The position numbers were made by a program, and so were the translations under genes. A stretch of 64,000 bases of DNA from NCBI GenBank assembly GCA_036172245.1, contig JAYWIR010000019.1, positions 1,054,001 to 1,118,000 on the forward strand. Direction: 5' to 3'. Source of the DNA: Raillietiella orientalis. Taxonomy: Eukaryota. Every line of letters begins with the position of its first letter. The first letter of the stretch is position 1. The notes beneath the pieces were generated by a model. It saw nothing but the letters and a program-made list of their open reading frames with translations, was not told the origin of the DNA and did no database searches. Below, one piece after another: positions 11,281-24,050 of this stretch.

Positions 11281-14200
11281 TTAGGATTTACAAGGACCAG
11301 GGTACATTAGCTGTACCCACAATCCTTTTTGAATATGTGCCATGTGGACTTCCACATTATCACGGAAAACACTTAGATTGCAAGTATGTAACTGAGCCTT
11401 GATGCCCTCCATGGATTCTGTTAAGGATTCCAGCTCATAAGCATGATCACAAGTATTTGCTAATTCCTAAGAAAAAAGTTTTGCAACTGTCATTTCTTGA
11501 TATTATTGCATACCTTAATTTTTAGCAATAATATGATCAAATGTAATATCAATGGAGGGCATGTTGTAACACCTGTAACCTTGTCAATAATTTGAATGGC
11601 TTCATTTTTACAATGATCGTGTAGCATTTCAACACCAAGACGAATTTCATTTGGTGCTATCTACACACACAAATGCATACTTCACCACAAATATTAGCAC
11701 ATTACCTTCCCTAGCCCATCTTCTAATTGCTTGACCAATTCTCTCAAATTTTTGTTTAACTTGTCCAAATCGAGAATTATCGTTGCATAACGACAGCGGA
11801 ATTCCACAGATAACATATCGTCGTATGATTGCAATTTTTCAGCTTCAGAATTCATCTGCTTCAACTCTTGAATCTTCTGTTTTTTTGTTCTTAACAATTT
11901 TGTGAAACGGATCTAGTGCAATTATAAATTCAAGCTGATGTTGGACATTCAAGACTTACCATCTGTACTAAGAAAGCTACAGAATATTTGCCTAAAGTAC
12001 CATCCATATTTAATAATTTGGACTGAATTTGTGAACTACCAAGTAAGGGATCATTGTCTATAATACTGTTTGGTGTTTTCATTGGACTCAAAACAAACTG
12101 CGTTTGTGGTGTATGATGTTTAGTAATCCCATGGATAAAGGATGTGAGTGGTTGATTTTCAACCAGTTCATCAGCCTTCAAAGTGGATCTCAATAACATG
12201 GTGGAGGGATAATGTTACATACCACCACTTCAAAATCACACACTGACTGTGTTCCTAAAGTGGGATGATCAAAAGTTATTCTATATGAGTTGTTTACTGT
12301 ATCTACTGCATCAATACGTCCGGAAAATAGCCCATCTCTTGGAAGCCTGAGTCGGGCTGTTACTCTAGTACCTGATAAACGTACAGATATGAGGAAAGTG
12401 ATGAATTCTCACCAATGCAAAGAATGCTGGGTATTTCATCTGGCATTTCGGAACAATATGCTTCATCTATTGGTTTCCGCAACTGTAGAGCTCGTATTTT
12501 CTTACGTTTCAAGTCAAGTGTAGCACATTCTTCATTAAAAAACATCTACAGGATACGATTTACTATCCGTACAAAAGAAATTAGTTACCTCTGAACAACG
12601 TCTTGGTTTGCCCATAACTTTTCGGATCTTACACCATTCAACACGAGTCAACATTCTTGTTTTCAAATTTGGAAATTTTTGTTTCAAACATATTTGAAAA
12701 TCATTTTCATTTTGAAAGAGGACCCTGAACAATTGTAAACAAATGTAGTAGTTCAGTTACTAAGATTAATGAGCAATCTAATCTTATCAGTGCTATGATG
12801 ATTAACTTTAAAATTCAGTGATATGTGGGCAAATTCAATGCTATTTCAGATTTCTCATTTAATCTGCAAGGTATGGAATGCACAGTGCATAAGTAAGGGA
12901 TATACACATACTTTTATAATTATTTTATGCCAATCTTTTAGCTAATGTTACAAAAGTGAATACATTAATTGAAGAAAACAGTGCAAATGGTCAATAATAC
13001 AGAAAGCACACAAATTAGAAAAAATAAGCAAAACATTGGAAAACTTAGTACTCACATCAAAAATAAAGTTTTAAAATAGCAATTTATAAAACAGCATTAT
13101 TGTTTTCAAAATTAAAATTATGCAAATAATTTTAATTTCAAAAGCTGGACTAATGCAGTTATAATTGCACACATTTCATTGCACCTTGAAATAGTTCACA
13201 AATACCGATAAAAAGAAAGACTGGATGCAGAGCACAGGGAAAGGAAATTAATCCATGAATTATGTAAGTATCATTCTTTAGTTCTGAAACTTAAGTGGCG
13301 ATTTTCTAAATGAATCCAAAAAGTAAATGTTTTTGTAAAATCGTAATTTACGCATTTCTTTCATGAATGATAAGCAAAAGTTATGATGCTGTAAGGCTTT
13401 TAATCAGACATACGATAAAAACATGGACTTGGATAGAACAAAATAAAAATTGTACCTACTTGTCCAGATGACTGTAAAACCATTCAAAACAAACCCATTT
13501 ATGGGCTTTGGGTAATTTAAGTAAATTTTTTAGTCTCTGTCCATTTTCTTCCACAATGGTGCTCAAATTAACTTGACAGTCAAAATCTAATTTCCTATGT
13601 ACATTTGACTTTTTTTCAAACTTGTGGAGCATGAAATTTGTTTTTGCATTAGGTGCTTTTATAGATTTTTGAGATCTTCTGATTAAATTACGTCGTGAAG
13701 GAGAATCTCCAGGATGGGACTTATTGACAGGCTTCAGTTTGATTCTTAAGTATTTTTTTGAAGTCACTTTGCAAGTTGTGGTATCTTCATCAGTATCTGC
13801 ATATATCTTATCATCATAATCATTACTTTCTTCATCAGTATCATTCCATTTATTGCTGGCAGACTTAGGTTCTAAAGGTACTTTACTGCAAGGTGACTGG
13901 ACATCTTCATACAGTTTGGAATTACTTCTTGTATTCCTCACATTATATTTGATTACAGAATTATCTGCTTTGGGTTTTCTTGAAACATCCTGTGCATTTT
14001 TAATTTTGGGGGATATTCTCTTCAAATCACTTTCTTTGAAATCCTCCTCCTCAACTATGCCAAAAGTTTGTTCATCAGCCAATGCTTTTTTGGGAGAACG
14101 ATACAGATCATTTCCACTTACATAGTTGATGTCATAGAATAGTTTGTTTTTCTTTAGAATTCTTGCTGGCTGAAAACACACAGAGAGAAGGGAGAAACAG

Positions 14201-14383
14201 TATTAGAATCAAAAAGATGTATCAGGCAATAAAACGTCATATTATTATTCACTTAGAAAAGGTTCTCACAGTTCCTCTCTTATTTATGGCATATTTTGGT
14301 GGTGATCGTCGCCTTTCTTCTCCAACCCTTTGCAAGCCAAGCAATTCAGGATTAAGAGTAAGGGGTTCATCTACTACATCCAT
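11281..14383 (-). CDS. LIN9: LIN-9 / Mip130, MuvB (DREAM/dREAM) complex subunit; 9 exons
   Basis: Exons 14383-14270, 14169-13460, 12724-12589, 12545-12413, 12371-12223, 12175-11960, 11912-11706, 11660-11514, 11466-11281. Motifs: LKNLLKLPKAHKWVCFEWFYSHLDK; DIRP domain LTRVEWCKIRKVMGKPRRCS; Tudor-like GTRVTARL...DGLFSGRIDAVD...YRITFD; C-terminal FRDNVEVHMAHIQ. Confidence 0.94.
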
Positions 14384-15699
14384 TTTCTCCAAAATATTTG
14401 GCACAGTCAACAGTTAATAAGTTTACATTTTCAGTAACCCTAGTCTTCTAGAAACAGTCTTTTCAGTCCATGTGAATGCACAGGATTTTCTTCATGTTTA
14501 CTACGAAATACTGCAATAAAAAACGATAACACCTTTTTCGACGAAGGATGGTCTGTGCTTTGCTTGCATTTGCAAATGGAATCCAATTTCGATTAATTCT
14601 GCAAATAAAATGTTTTCCATTAACACCAGCAAGGAAACAAAAAACACCCTCTCGACAGTCGTGAAATCTCAATTCTTACTGAAAGAAAGAAAGAAGCCAA
14701 AATAGCAAATATCGTTTTTTTTTTTTTTTTTTATGTTGTCCGCAATTTTTTTCACATTTTGATCTCGGGAACGGTTTGGTTTCTTTCTTTCTCGGCACGC
14801 GTTGGAATCAAAATATTTGGGTTTTCAACTCCGTGCGTCACTTTGCAGCGCTTCTGTTGCACGGAAAGCCCGCGAGCGCACGCAGCTCACCGAAGAGATG
14901 CTGCTGGACGAAAAGGGATCAGCCATCTTTGCTGATCACGCGCGGAGGTGCAACCATGGGGCAATCCGGGAGCACGGCTCCGACTCCGGTGGGGTCGCGA
15001 GTGTTCCCAAACGCCAAAAAACAAACAAACAAAAAATAAAATGGCCCCACTCGACAACCGCGTAATCGCTGACATGGCTCGACGTGAGCAGGGGAGGAGG
15101 AGGGGTCCTCTGCTTGACTCCAGGCAGGGGGTCCAGGAGTGCTTTCCAGCATCCGAGCACCGTGAATCTCGCTGAACCCGGCCGATACGAAAGGAAAGAG
15201 CGAGATCGATCATCACGGCAGCGGCGAGGCCTGGATCCGTTCGGTTTGGTGCACGTTCCCGGTGAAGACACCCTTGGAGGAGCAGAGACCCTTATAGGGT
15301 TTGCAATCCGAGTCAGCTGTTCCGAACTCAAGATCAGCCCTAATGAAGGCGCATCCATACCACTTGTTTCTTTCGTCAGCTTTCCTCGGGTGTCGATTAC
15401 TTCCCTACCCTTAATAACGTTATTTGAAAAGGAAGTGCGTACGCGTGCGTGTATGTGTGTGTGTGTGTCTTTTTCCAGTATATTTTCAGCTTCACTTCAT
15501 CAAGGAGACGTTCCCAGCACAAAGACGCAAATAACACTCCGTTACACTTGAAGCCTTCACCGTGGAAAGCTTTTCCTATAAAAGGCCTCTCTGTCCATCT
15601 TAAAGGCAATAACGATTTTTGGGTTTGGTTAGACACAGCTTCTGCAGAATCAGTCACAGACGAGCGAAAGTTCTTCCTTTTATACAGTTTTGTAGAAAA

Positions 15700-16170
15700 T
15701 TCAAACTTTACCACGAGGTTCACATTCGCAGCATGATTCATGAGATCCATAAGCACTGCCGTAGATCCTTTCTCTGCAGCAATATGCAGGGGAGCAACCC
15801 CAAATCTGTCTGTAGCATCGACGAACGCCCCTCTTCTTGAAAGCAATCTCGCTATCCGCAGATGGTTCCGCAGTACCGCAAAATGGAGCTCAGTGCATCC
15901 GAGACCATTCCGGGACTTCCGCCCCTCTGTTCAGAAATTTTTTCACAGTCGTCTCGTCAGCAGGAAGAGTCGCCAAATGAAGCAATCTGTGCACTCTGCC
16001 GTCGAATCTCAAAGCACCACACCGATGTTTCGAAAGGCGCTCTTCAATGGCGGAACGCTGCTCCCAGGCCCTGGGTCTCCATGTGCTCCTCACGTTTCAA
16101 GGCCAAATACAACTTTTGACGTAAACGAGCACTTCTCACTTTCAAATGGCTTCAAAGAATTCTTTTTGTC
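15700..16170 (-). pseudogene. Disrupted ankyrin-repeat gene fragment
   Basis: Consecutive ankyrin repeats LLHLATLPADETTVKKFLNRGAEV / RNGLGCTELHFAVLRNHLRIARLLSRRGAFVDATDRFGVAPLHIAAEKGSTAVLMDLMNHAANVN are split by a frameshift at ~15913. A further upstream repeat-like segment QKEFFEAI*K*EV has two TGA stops (~16136-16144). True gene boundaries are unknown. Confidence 0.65.
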
Positions 16171-18264
16171 AAACAAATTGTCGACGTTCACACGCCACGG
16201 TCTGGCTGTCTTTTTTTTTTTTTTGCACCTTTGCGTGAAGCTGGGCAGTGCTGCGGGATTTTGTACGGATGATTTTTCAAAAAGTGACGAAACGAACCTT
16301 ACTGGAAATAATCCACTACCATTACTTATTTTCTTTGAAAAAGCGACAATTTCGGATACTATGGATTCAGCAAGATTAAGGAAGGATGAGGACCGTTGGT
16401 CTATTCAATTGATTTGATTGATGGTGTTAGTAGTAAATTTGCTTTCTTTGTTTTTCCTTTGTGGAACGCAGACCGAAAGGGTCCATCAAAACATGAAAAG
16501 GGGGGGGGGGAGATCGCAGGGACGAACACCTCATAAAGAAACATGACACGAAGTCCAGATAGCGACCACGCTAGGGGCGTAGGTAAATGGGCCACGGGAT
16601 CGTAAAGGTAAGCACGAAGCATTTGGATCTCTGGAAGCTTTCCTTCTGATATCCGTTTGTTTGGATGAAGAGTAAGCAGTGCGTCGCATCACAAACACCA
16701 AACATAATCTGCAGAATCTGTTTCTTAACCCAAAAGATTGATGATCACCCAAATCAAAGCGAATGAACATGATGAGGCAGTTTCTCTGCAGTTTGCACAT
16801 GGCAGTGTTCGAGAAAGACGAAAGACAGAAAGAAGGAGGGAGGAGAGAAAGGGAAAAGAGAGGAAGAAAAATACACCGTGCCTGAAAACCCTATTCAGCT
16901 TTATTCGAATTTGATCAAGCATGTTTCAAAGCTGAAGAAAGGCTCTGAGAGCAGCCAACCATTCGGTACACTTGATGCTAAAGAAAAATGCTGCTCAGGA
17001 AGGGCAAAATAAAAACTCGAGCACGAGCATACTTTATTTATAAACGAACAATCCGAAGACCTCTGTAAGTGAACGACCACATAAGGTGCTCGATGTCCGT
17101 GAGTACGTTCCCCACTCCCAAAGGATACGAAAATGCAGAGGATGTACACCCGAGGGAATGTAAATTATTGCTATCGGAGTTTAGGTAAGCAAAAGACTCC
17201 GAAATGCTCTGCGGAATGCATAAAAGTTTCTTAAAAGTCTTCCAGCTTGTAGGTACATCCAGCCACTTTCAAGGAATCATCTGTTGACTGTTCGTTTTTG
17301 AGGTCCGTATAGGACACTGAGAGTAGACACCTCTTCATTCAGCCTTTTGTGGAAGTCTTCCGGATTTATTCGTGGTGGATCTAAGAGGTCCTTAGCGATG
17401 AAGGCTTCGATTGTACTGGAAATCTGGAATTTTTACTGGAATTTTTTAGCATGGGGAATCGCCCATCGTTTCCGGGAATCACCCAAAGGCATTCCAGAGA
17501 TCCAAGCACAGCGCGATGAAACCTGTCCTCGGAAAGGAATTTTTGGGCTAGATGAAAATACCTGCTGCATATCTACAACTCCTGGAAATATCTTTTTTAG
17601 AATTAATAAAAATTTGATCTTGGATTTTCTCAGGCATGTCTTTCGGGTGTGTTTCACAGTGTCAACTTAGTAAAGGCCGATTGGCCTCGTTTTGGCCCTC
17701 TTTAACGATCCGAATCCATCCAACAGACCAAACACCGGGTGCTTCTCCACGTGTTTACACCATTCTGATGCCGTTTATGTCGACCAACCTATAAATTATT
17801 CCACATACTTCGAAGAGAAGAGAAAATATGCACTGATCGCCTCAGTATGTCAGTTCAGCCTCATAAGCGAATTTGGGAAATCCCAATTCAAGTTCCTTGT
17901 TTGGGATTTTTCAGCAAACTACACAATCAAACTCCAACGCGTTTCTTGTGACCTGCCACTGCTGCAAGTTGATGTCCTCTTCGATAACGGCAATGAAGTC
18001 CCAAAGAATTCTTTTTCTTTAGCTTCATAGGCAGGAAGCAATAAAATTCAAATCGCTTCCTAGTAGGAAATCGGATTTGATTTTGGTTTCAAAAAAAAAA
18101 AAAAACTGTATTGTGGAAAACGGTCTGTATAATATAATATGATATTTATTGTTGGATACTGTTTAAATCGCGTATTTCAGTAGAATTGACTCTACTTGCT
18201 CGATTCACTGGATGGAATAATGGAATTTATGGTGCTGAGTTTCCACCGTTCAGAGCGATGGTAA

Positions 18265-18276
18265 CGCGCATGCGCG
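18265..18276. promoter_or_regulatory. Perfect NRF-1/Erect-wing type palindrome CGCGCATGCGCG
   Basis: Matches consensus YGCGCATGCGCR and sits just after an AT-rich stretch, at the start of an exon-like block; function unverified. Confidence 0.3.
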
Positions 18277-20308
18277 CTCGCTGACAGGAGTGCGTACAGA
18301 TAATCGTGTAACTATCCAGATATCCAACTTAACGAAGAATGACCCCCCCCCCCCCCCAAATGAAATTTTGGACCCATTAGGGTTAGTTCTGGAAGAATTA
18401 CTGCAAGTGTCTAACGTGCCAGCGGTGATTCTAGAAATTCTCAAGGTGGAAACTGGAAGTTGTTTACGACCTCTGCATGCAAATGTAACTCAAAATTTGC
18501 ATACGACAACAAAAATTTTCGTGATCTATGAATTCCTCATAGGTTGGTCAAATGTCGAGAGTGGATTGTGGGGGGAGGTTCGGAAGCTCCTGGACCCACA
18601 TCACCACTCGGAATTCCACAAAGAATCTGCGCTGTTGATGCCGACATTCTGCAACCTTAGGGCAACTTACCCTCATATTTTGAAACTGCATTTCTCTTTT
18701 TAGATGCAGCAAAGATCATTTCTCATTCTCTAATGACGATTTAAAACTCATTGAAATGCAGAAAGACTTTTTGGTGGCGCAAAGGAATAAAGCAATGTCT
18801 ACTATCCGATCCTGAAATGCTGGAAATCTTCAATGAATGAATAGTTTGTGGGATTTCAGCTGACAGCCTTCCCAACTGTGCCATTTTGTTCGATTTGCAC
18901 AAAACCCGCTTGCAGGGACCGTAGGACCCACAGATTGAGCCATGTGAGATGAACGCCGCTTCGGCGTTCTTCGCGGTACGAAGCCGAACTTCTCTCTACC
19001 TCTTCCAGGCACCTCTTCAACCGTCCTTTCTTCTACCACACCTACCCACGCAGGATCTGGCTGCAAGAACGCACGTTCACAGGGTGCTTTCAGCGATGTA
19101 GATGAGAGATGCGTTTCTAGTGTTACCAACGGCAGTCTCAGAATAAGTGGCACACGGCAACTGAGTGGGCGATTTCTGAGCTGAAGTTCCCATTCGACTT
19201 GGAGACACTATGCGGGAGCGACGTCCAAGTCTGGCACAAGTAAACAAAGAGAACATTCTCGACGCCATGTTTGTTTTTTAGTAGCTCGAGAACCTTCTGC
19301 ACAGCACCATCTATCCTTTCCATTTTTCCCGTAGGAAGGGCTGGTGAAACGAGTACGGAGATCTCGTGCACTTTCTGGGATGCACGTTCAGATGTGCACG
19401 AGACCCCCTCGGATGAAGTCCCTGAAGCGGGAGGCCAAGCCAACAGTGGGTGCGCGCCGTCACAATTTGGGGGGACTCGGTGTGGTTTCGACTTGTTGAA
19501 AATCGGTCCGTACCCTGCATCAGAAACCGATCCGCAGCAAGGGGAGGACAAGAAGGCTTCAATGAACTCATCGCCACGTCTTCATCCGCACATCCGATGC
19601 TTCAAGAAAGAAGAGAAAGGTTGCGGCGGCGATTCGTATAAAAAAGATTCCCACTTGCGTGGATCCGAAGGGTAACCATCCACATTTAACCCATTACACA
19701 TCTGAGGTACAGAGGACTGGCATCCTCCTCAGTCATCTTCATCCGCGACCTGAATCTTTTACTGCAGCGCGTCTCCAAAATGCAGTCAGTCCATATCACT
19801 TAGAATACTTGGCCTACCTCCTGCCACTTTGTAATTATTTAATTGCTCTGGACCGACAAAAGTCATTTCGGTATCGTACTTCATTCTAACTCTTCCCGCA
19901 GGATGAAGGTGGACAGTGATTTTTGGTTCCTCCATGCTGCCAACCAGATCTCAAAACTGCGTCATCGTGAGCAGCAGGAAATCCCATCATGTTTTTTTCC
20001 TCTGTCTGCTCACCATCTTCCGAGTTCATCTTTGTTAACTGGGCTGTAGATCACTGTGGTCGTGGACTCGCAGTCAACAGAGAGCAGAACTCTTTTAGGA
20101 GGGAATAATCCAAGCGCCAGATGGAATAGGAAATGTACTCCAAAGCAGGCGAAGATCTGGCAAGGTAATTTCGCAAAATTTGACGAGCACTCTGAGACCA
20201 CGCTGCTTCGTCGTCTAATTCGTCAACTTTTCTCATTTCAGATTCCAACTCAGAATGCTGTTTTTGTTCGTGACAAACTCCGAAAGGCATCGGTCTGTAG
20301 CGCGCATT

Positions 20309-20339
<31 letters not shown>

Positions 20340-21947
20340 TTTTGATCCTGGCAACTTCATCCCTATGCAAGGAGACCTTTCGGGCAGGCTTTTGTTTATT
20401 ACCAGTGCATCCAGAAATCCTTATTTGTTTGCAAGAACAGCTCTTTCAGAGGAAACAGTGTTCAAGGGAAAATCTCTTTTATGGATTATTCACAGCTGCT
20501 CTCCGTCTTCCGTTTTTAAAGGATAGGTGTCACCAGGATTTGCTTCGCGTAAACATAGTCTGGAAGCCATGTAGCCACCATTTTCAGGTTCGGATCTTCC
20601 CTTTGTCTGAGTCACCACCACAGCGCCAATCTGGAGCTGCTTCTTGGTACTTCAACAGCTCGTATGAACCATCCGTAGATGCCTGTCGTCTGTCGATTCA
20701 GCGTTATACTGCAAGGAACTAGCTAATATCTAAAAATCCATCATGGCAATTTCTTTATTTTCAAATTATCAGCTTGCAATAAGGCCATCAACTTTGAGTT
20801 ATGAAATTTTAGGAGCATCGCCAACCAGAAATGCATCTTTGATTGTGATAAGGATTTTTCCCTAAGGATTCGAAAGGATTTCTCGTAATTTTCACTCTTA
20901 GGCAGGAGAATTCTGTTTTACGAAAAGTTCATTTACCTAGCAGGGAATCAATCGAGCTATGACTATATGGGCAGGTAGTCTCATATGTGGTCCTTGCAAA
21001 GCATTTCAGGCCCTTGAGATCACGGAGTTGCCGCCACCTTTCTTTTGCACGACGTCGGCGAATCTCAGAGCTCTCTGATTTCGACAAGCCGGAAAACCAG
21101 AACCAAGAATACGTGGAAATGTGAGAATGCACGGAATTAAGCACCGAGAAAAAGGTTTAGTAATAATAATACTATTCATAAGAGACCTTGGGACACAGGA
21201 AGAGAGCCTTCCGAGGCTAGAAGACAGTTTGGAAGCCATGCAGTTAACAAGGCCTGCATCCTTGGCTTGTGCCTCTGCCAAAACACTAACAAGGGAAGGA
21301 ATCGAAAGACCAGGGAACTAAGCCCTACGATTTGAAAACAGGGTCAACTTTACAACAACGGCACCCATTTGGAGTAACCCGCGAAGTCGTGCAAGCGCTT
21401 GGCGCTTGCACACGGGGCATCAGTGCAGTGTGCAAACCCCATCCAAGCAAGAGAGGTGCAACAACACGGGCACAGAACCTTCAGGCAGAAACAGCACCAT
21501 CGGAAATCATTTCTGCTCCAGTGGAAAACTTCCCAGAGCTTTCAGATGTGTATCGGATCCACTTCGTTTCCAAGGGTTACACACTACGTGAGACGCACCG
21601 CGCCCCTACCTTTGCCTTGTTGTCTTGCAAAGTGACATTTTTGGAAACATTGGCAGGAAACGAACGATTCCGAACATTCGAGATCGTCCGCTTCCTGCGA
21701 GATCCTGAAGGTGGATTCAGTGCTACGTATGGTGAGTGCGCGTTCGTTACACAGACTTTCCGCCTCTGAGGTCATCAGGGAAGCCAAGGATCTTCAAGAA
21801 AGGAGTCGACAGGATGTTGCTGACTCGTGGATCTCCAGGAAGCATGTAAGGGAGGGGGGAGGGAAGGAGCCCTGACTTCGGGAATTTTCCAGCCAAGATG
21901 GTAGCAGGAAGCTGTGACAGTCATCTCGCGGGGTCGTGCGCGAGGGG

Positions 21948-24050
21948 ATGGTGCCGAGGTCGGCAACCGCCGCCGCCTTTCTCCTGGCGCTAGAGGCGGA
22001 GGCGGATGAGGGACCACCGCGCGAAGGCGGACGGGAAGGGGTCACTGCCTTCCCTACCCCAACCGGCGGGATCGGGAGCGAAACCCGACGGCCAAGGGTT
22101 GCAGCTTCCGCTCCAGGCAAATCCTCCTTCCCTTGCACACGCATCCCCCTTCACCCCATCCCTCCGGACCTACGCGCCACTACGGGCACAGCGCCTCCCC
22201 CGCCGTTTCTCGGAACAGGCGACCCGGCGTTGCCAGGTTCGGGGCGGGGATCTGGAGCCACCTGGAAGGAGGGGGAGGGAAGGCGGTCGACTGTCCACCT
22301 CAGAGTGCGGACGCCCCTCGCGCTACCCTTCGGCGTCCCCTGTTGGAAGGTGGTTGATTTCCTCCGGTCCTGCAGCGAAGGCGCCCGAGGTCGCTCGGCG
22401 CAGCCCACCCTGAACCCTCCTGAGGGGGAGAGACCCAGAGGGAGGAGCGTCCGAGGGCAGGCGCCGCGAGCGAGGAAGGGAACAGCGAGTGGGCGACTGG
22501 GTCGAGATCCCCGCCGGATCTTCGCAGGGAATCGGAGGGTTCCCCCTCGTCGGAAGGATGGCGGAAAACATTCCAGGTTCTTCTGCTTTCCCTCCGGCAT
22601 TGTTCCTTTTTTTTTGGTTCTCAGGGAGTTCTGGAGAGCCGGTCGTCCCTCGGGGGTGGGGTGGGGAGCTCACGAAGCTCTTTGACACCGTTCACTCCAC
22701 CCGGGGGTGCGTGTCAACTCTTCAAGTAAGGAGGTAACCCCGTAGGGACCACCTCTGTGAATCCAGGAAGGCTCCGGAGGAAGCAGTGCGTTCCTCTTAC
22801 GCTTGAAAGGGAAACCCCGAAGGGAACCCTGGTTGTCTCGGGAGGTCACCGTCTCACCCTGGTTGTCTGTGAAGGGACTCCCCGGAGGAAGGGTCCCTCC
22901 CAGGAGAAGAAATGGGGAGTGACCCTATTTCTTCTCCGGAGAACCCCCAGAAAGGATCCGCCCCTGGTTTCTTCCTCTGAAGAAAACCCCAAAAGGACGC
23001 TTCCCGATTTCTCTGAAGGGCCGTTGTACGAAGGGAGCAGCGCACTTCTTGACACTCTGGAGAGGTGTCAGTCAGCCAGCTTCGTGATACGCGACCGAGT
23101 GTGCCAACTGAGGGAGAAAGGGCACGGTTCCAAATTTCCACAACCGGAGGGGGAACCCCAAAGGACTCCTTGGTCCCTGGAACGACCCCGGAGGGTCAGC
23201 TTCCTATCCCGGCTGCTCGGCGGGAACGTTGCTCCGGCTTTCACCAGTGCCGCTCCGGGAGATACTGCAAGATCCCGTGAAGAGTGCGTGGGCAAGCAGA
23301 ACCTCCCTCGCCGCCACGCTGCCCTCCTTTAGGGAGCACATGGGCAGCAGCCTTGCGGCTAGCTGGGAGGTTACTGTGGAAATCTCCGGATGGAGAAGAG
23401 GACTGGGCGAGTGGACGACGGGCCAGCTCACTGCCTCTGCGACCCCGAGTGCTCGACCTCGTGGACTTTTGCGCTGGGGAGTACTACTGGGTATCCCGGA
23501 GGAAGAGCTGCAGTGGTCCCCGGTGCTCACGAACACTCGCACCATCCCCTTAAAGTGGCAGGAGGAGGCACTGCTGCTGCACTGCGACCTCTTGTGCAAC
23601 GCCCGCCGGCGGCCTTGGACCTCTGGCGCAGTCTGCCCGTGCCTGCGAGGATGACCTCCCGTGCACACGGGTGTGTGTGGACCCAAACTGTGCAAGGTGC
23701 GAGGAGCGCGAATTCCTCCAGCACCTTTCGTGGGCTGTGTTGCCCTCCGGTCTCTTTGGGGATGCTTTGCTGCGACCCTTGGAACCCCAGGCGGCAACGC
23801 CAGAGACCTTGTCAAGCGCCTCTTCCGGCACGACGCTCTCATGCCGGCCGCATCCCTAGCAGCACTTTGCTGCCCACGTGGGACCGTGGCTGCAAGGAGC
23901 TGCGCCAGAGGAGGCCGCAACGGCAAGGATGCCATCTATTCTGCTTCATGAGGACAACGTCAAGATGATCCCATCTGGGAGTCTTGAAACCGGAACTTGC
24001 CGGCATCCTTACAACGATGCAGTAGACGCCCTCAAGTACCTGGTGATTCC
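21948..24050 (+). pseudogene. Decayed gene for a secreted protein with tandem somatomedin-B (SMB)-like Cys domains
   Basis: Signal-peptide-like start MVPRSATAAAFLLALEAEA at 21948. At 23340-23920, Cys motifs are scattered across three frames: GYCG...HCLCDPECS / DFCAGEYYW; KSCSGPRCS / HCDLLCN; NCARCEE / GLFGD / CCD; LSCR / DRGCKEL. These fit the SMB pattern SCxGRC...CxCDxxCxxxGDCCxDY only with multiple frameshifts. Linking the start codon to the Cys region is inference. Confidence 0.4.
22810..23185 (+). repeat. Degenerate dispersed/tandem repeat with core GAA(A/C)CCCC(R)AA(A/G)GGA...CC(C/T)TGGT
   Basis: Related copies gaaaccccgaagggaaccctggttgtct (~22811), gaacccccagaaaggatccgcccctggtttct (~22941), gaaaaccccaaaaggacgcttccc (~22982), ggaaccccaaaggactccttggtccct (~23152); accctggttgtct also occurs twice exactly (~22826, ~22856). 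Confidence 0.5.

Noticed and set aside
14715..14732. Poly-T run as a retrocopy poly(A) tail for the ankyrin fragment
   Set aside because: Homopolymer runs are common throughout the window and no target-site duplication was found.
23540..23990. Protein-kinase-like fragments (DLWRSL, ARDLVKRLFRHD, ILLHEDNVKMI)
   Set aside because: No HRD/DFG/APE motifs and the subdomain order and spacing are inconsistent; the repeated Cys pattern fits SMB domains better.
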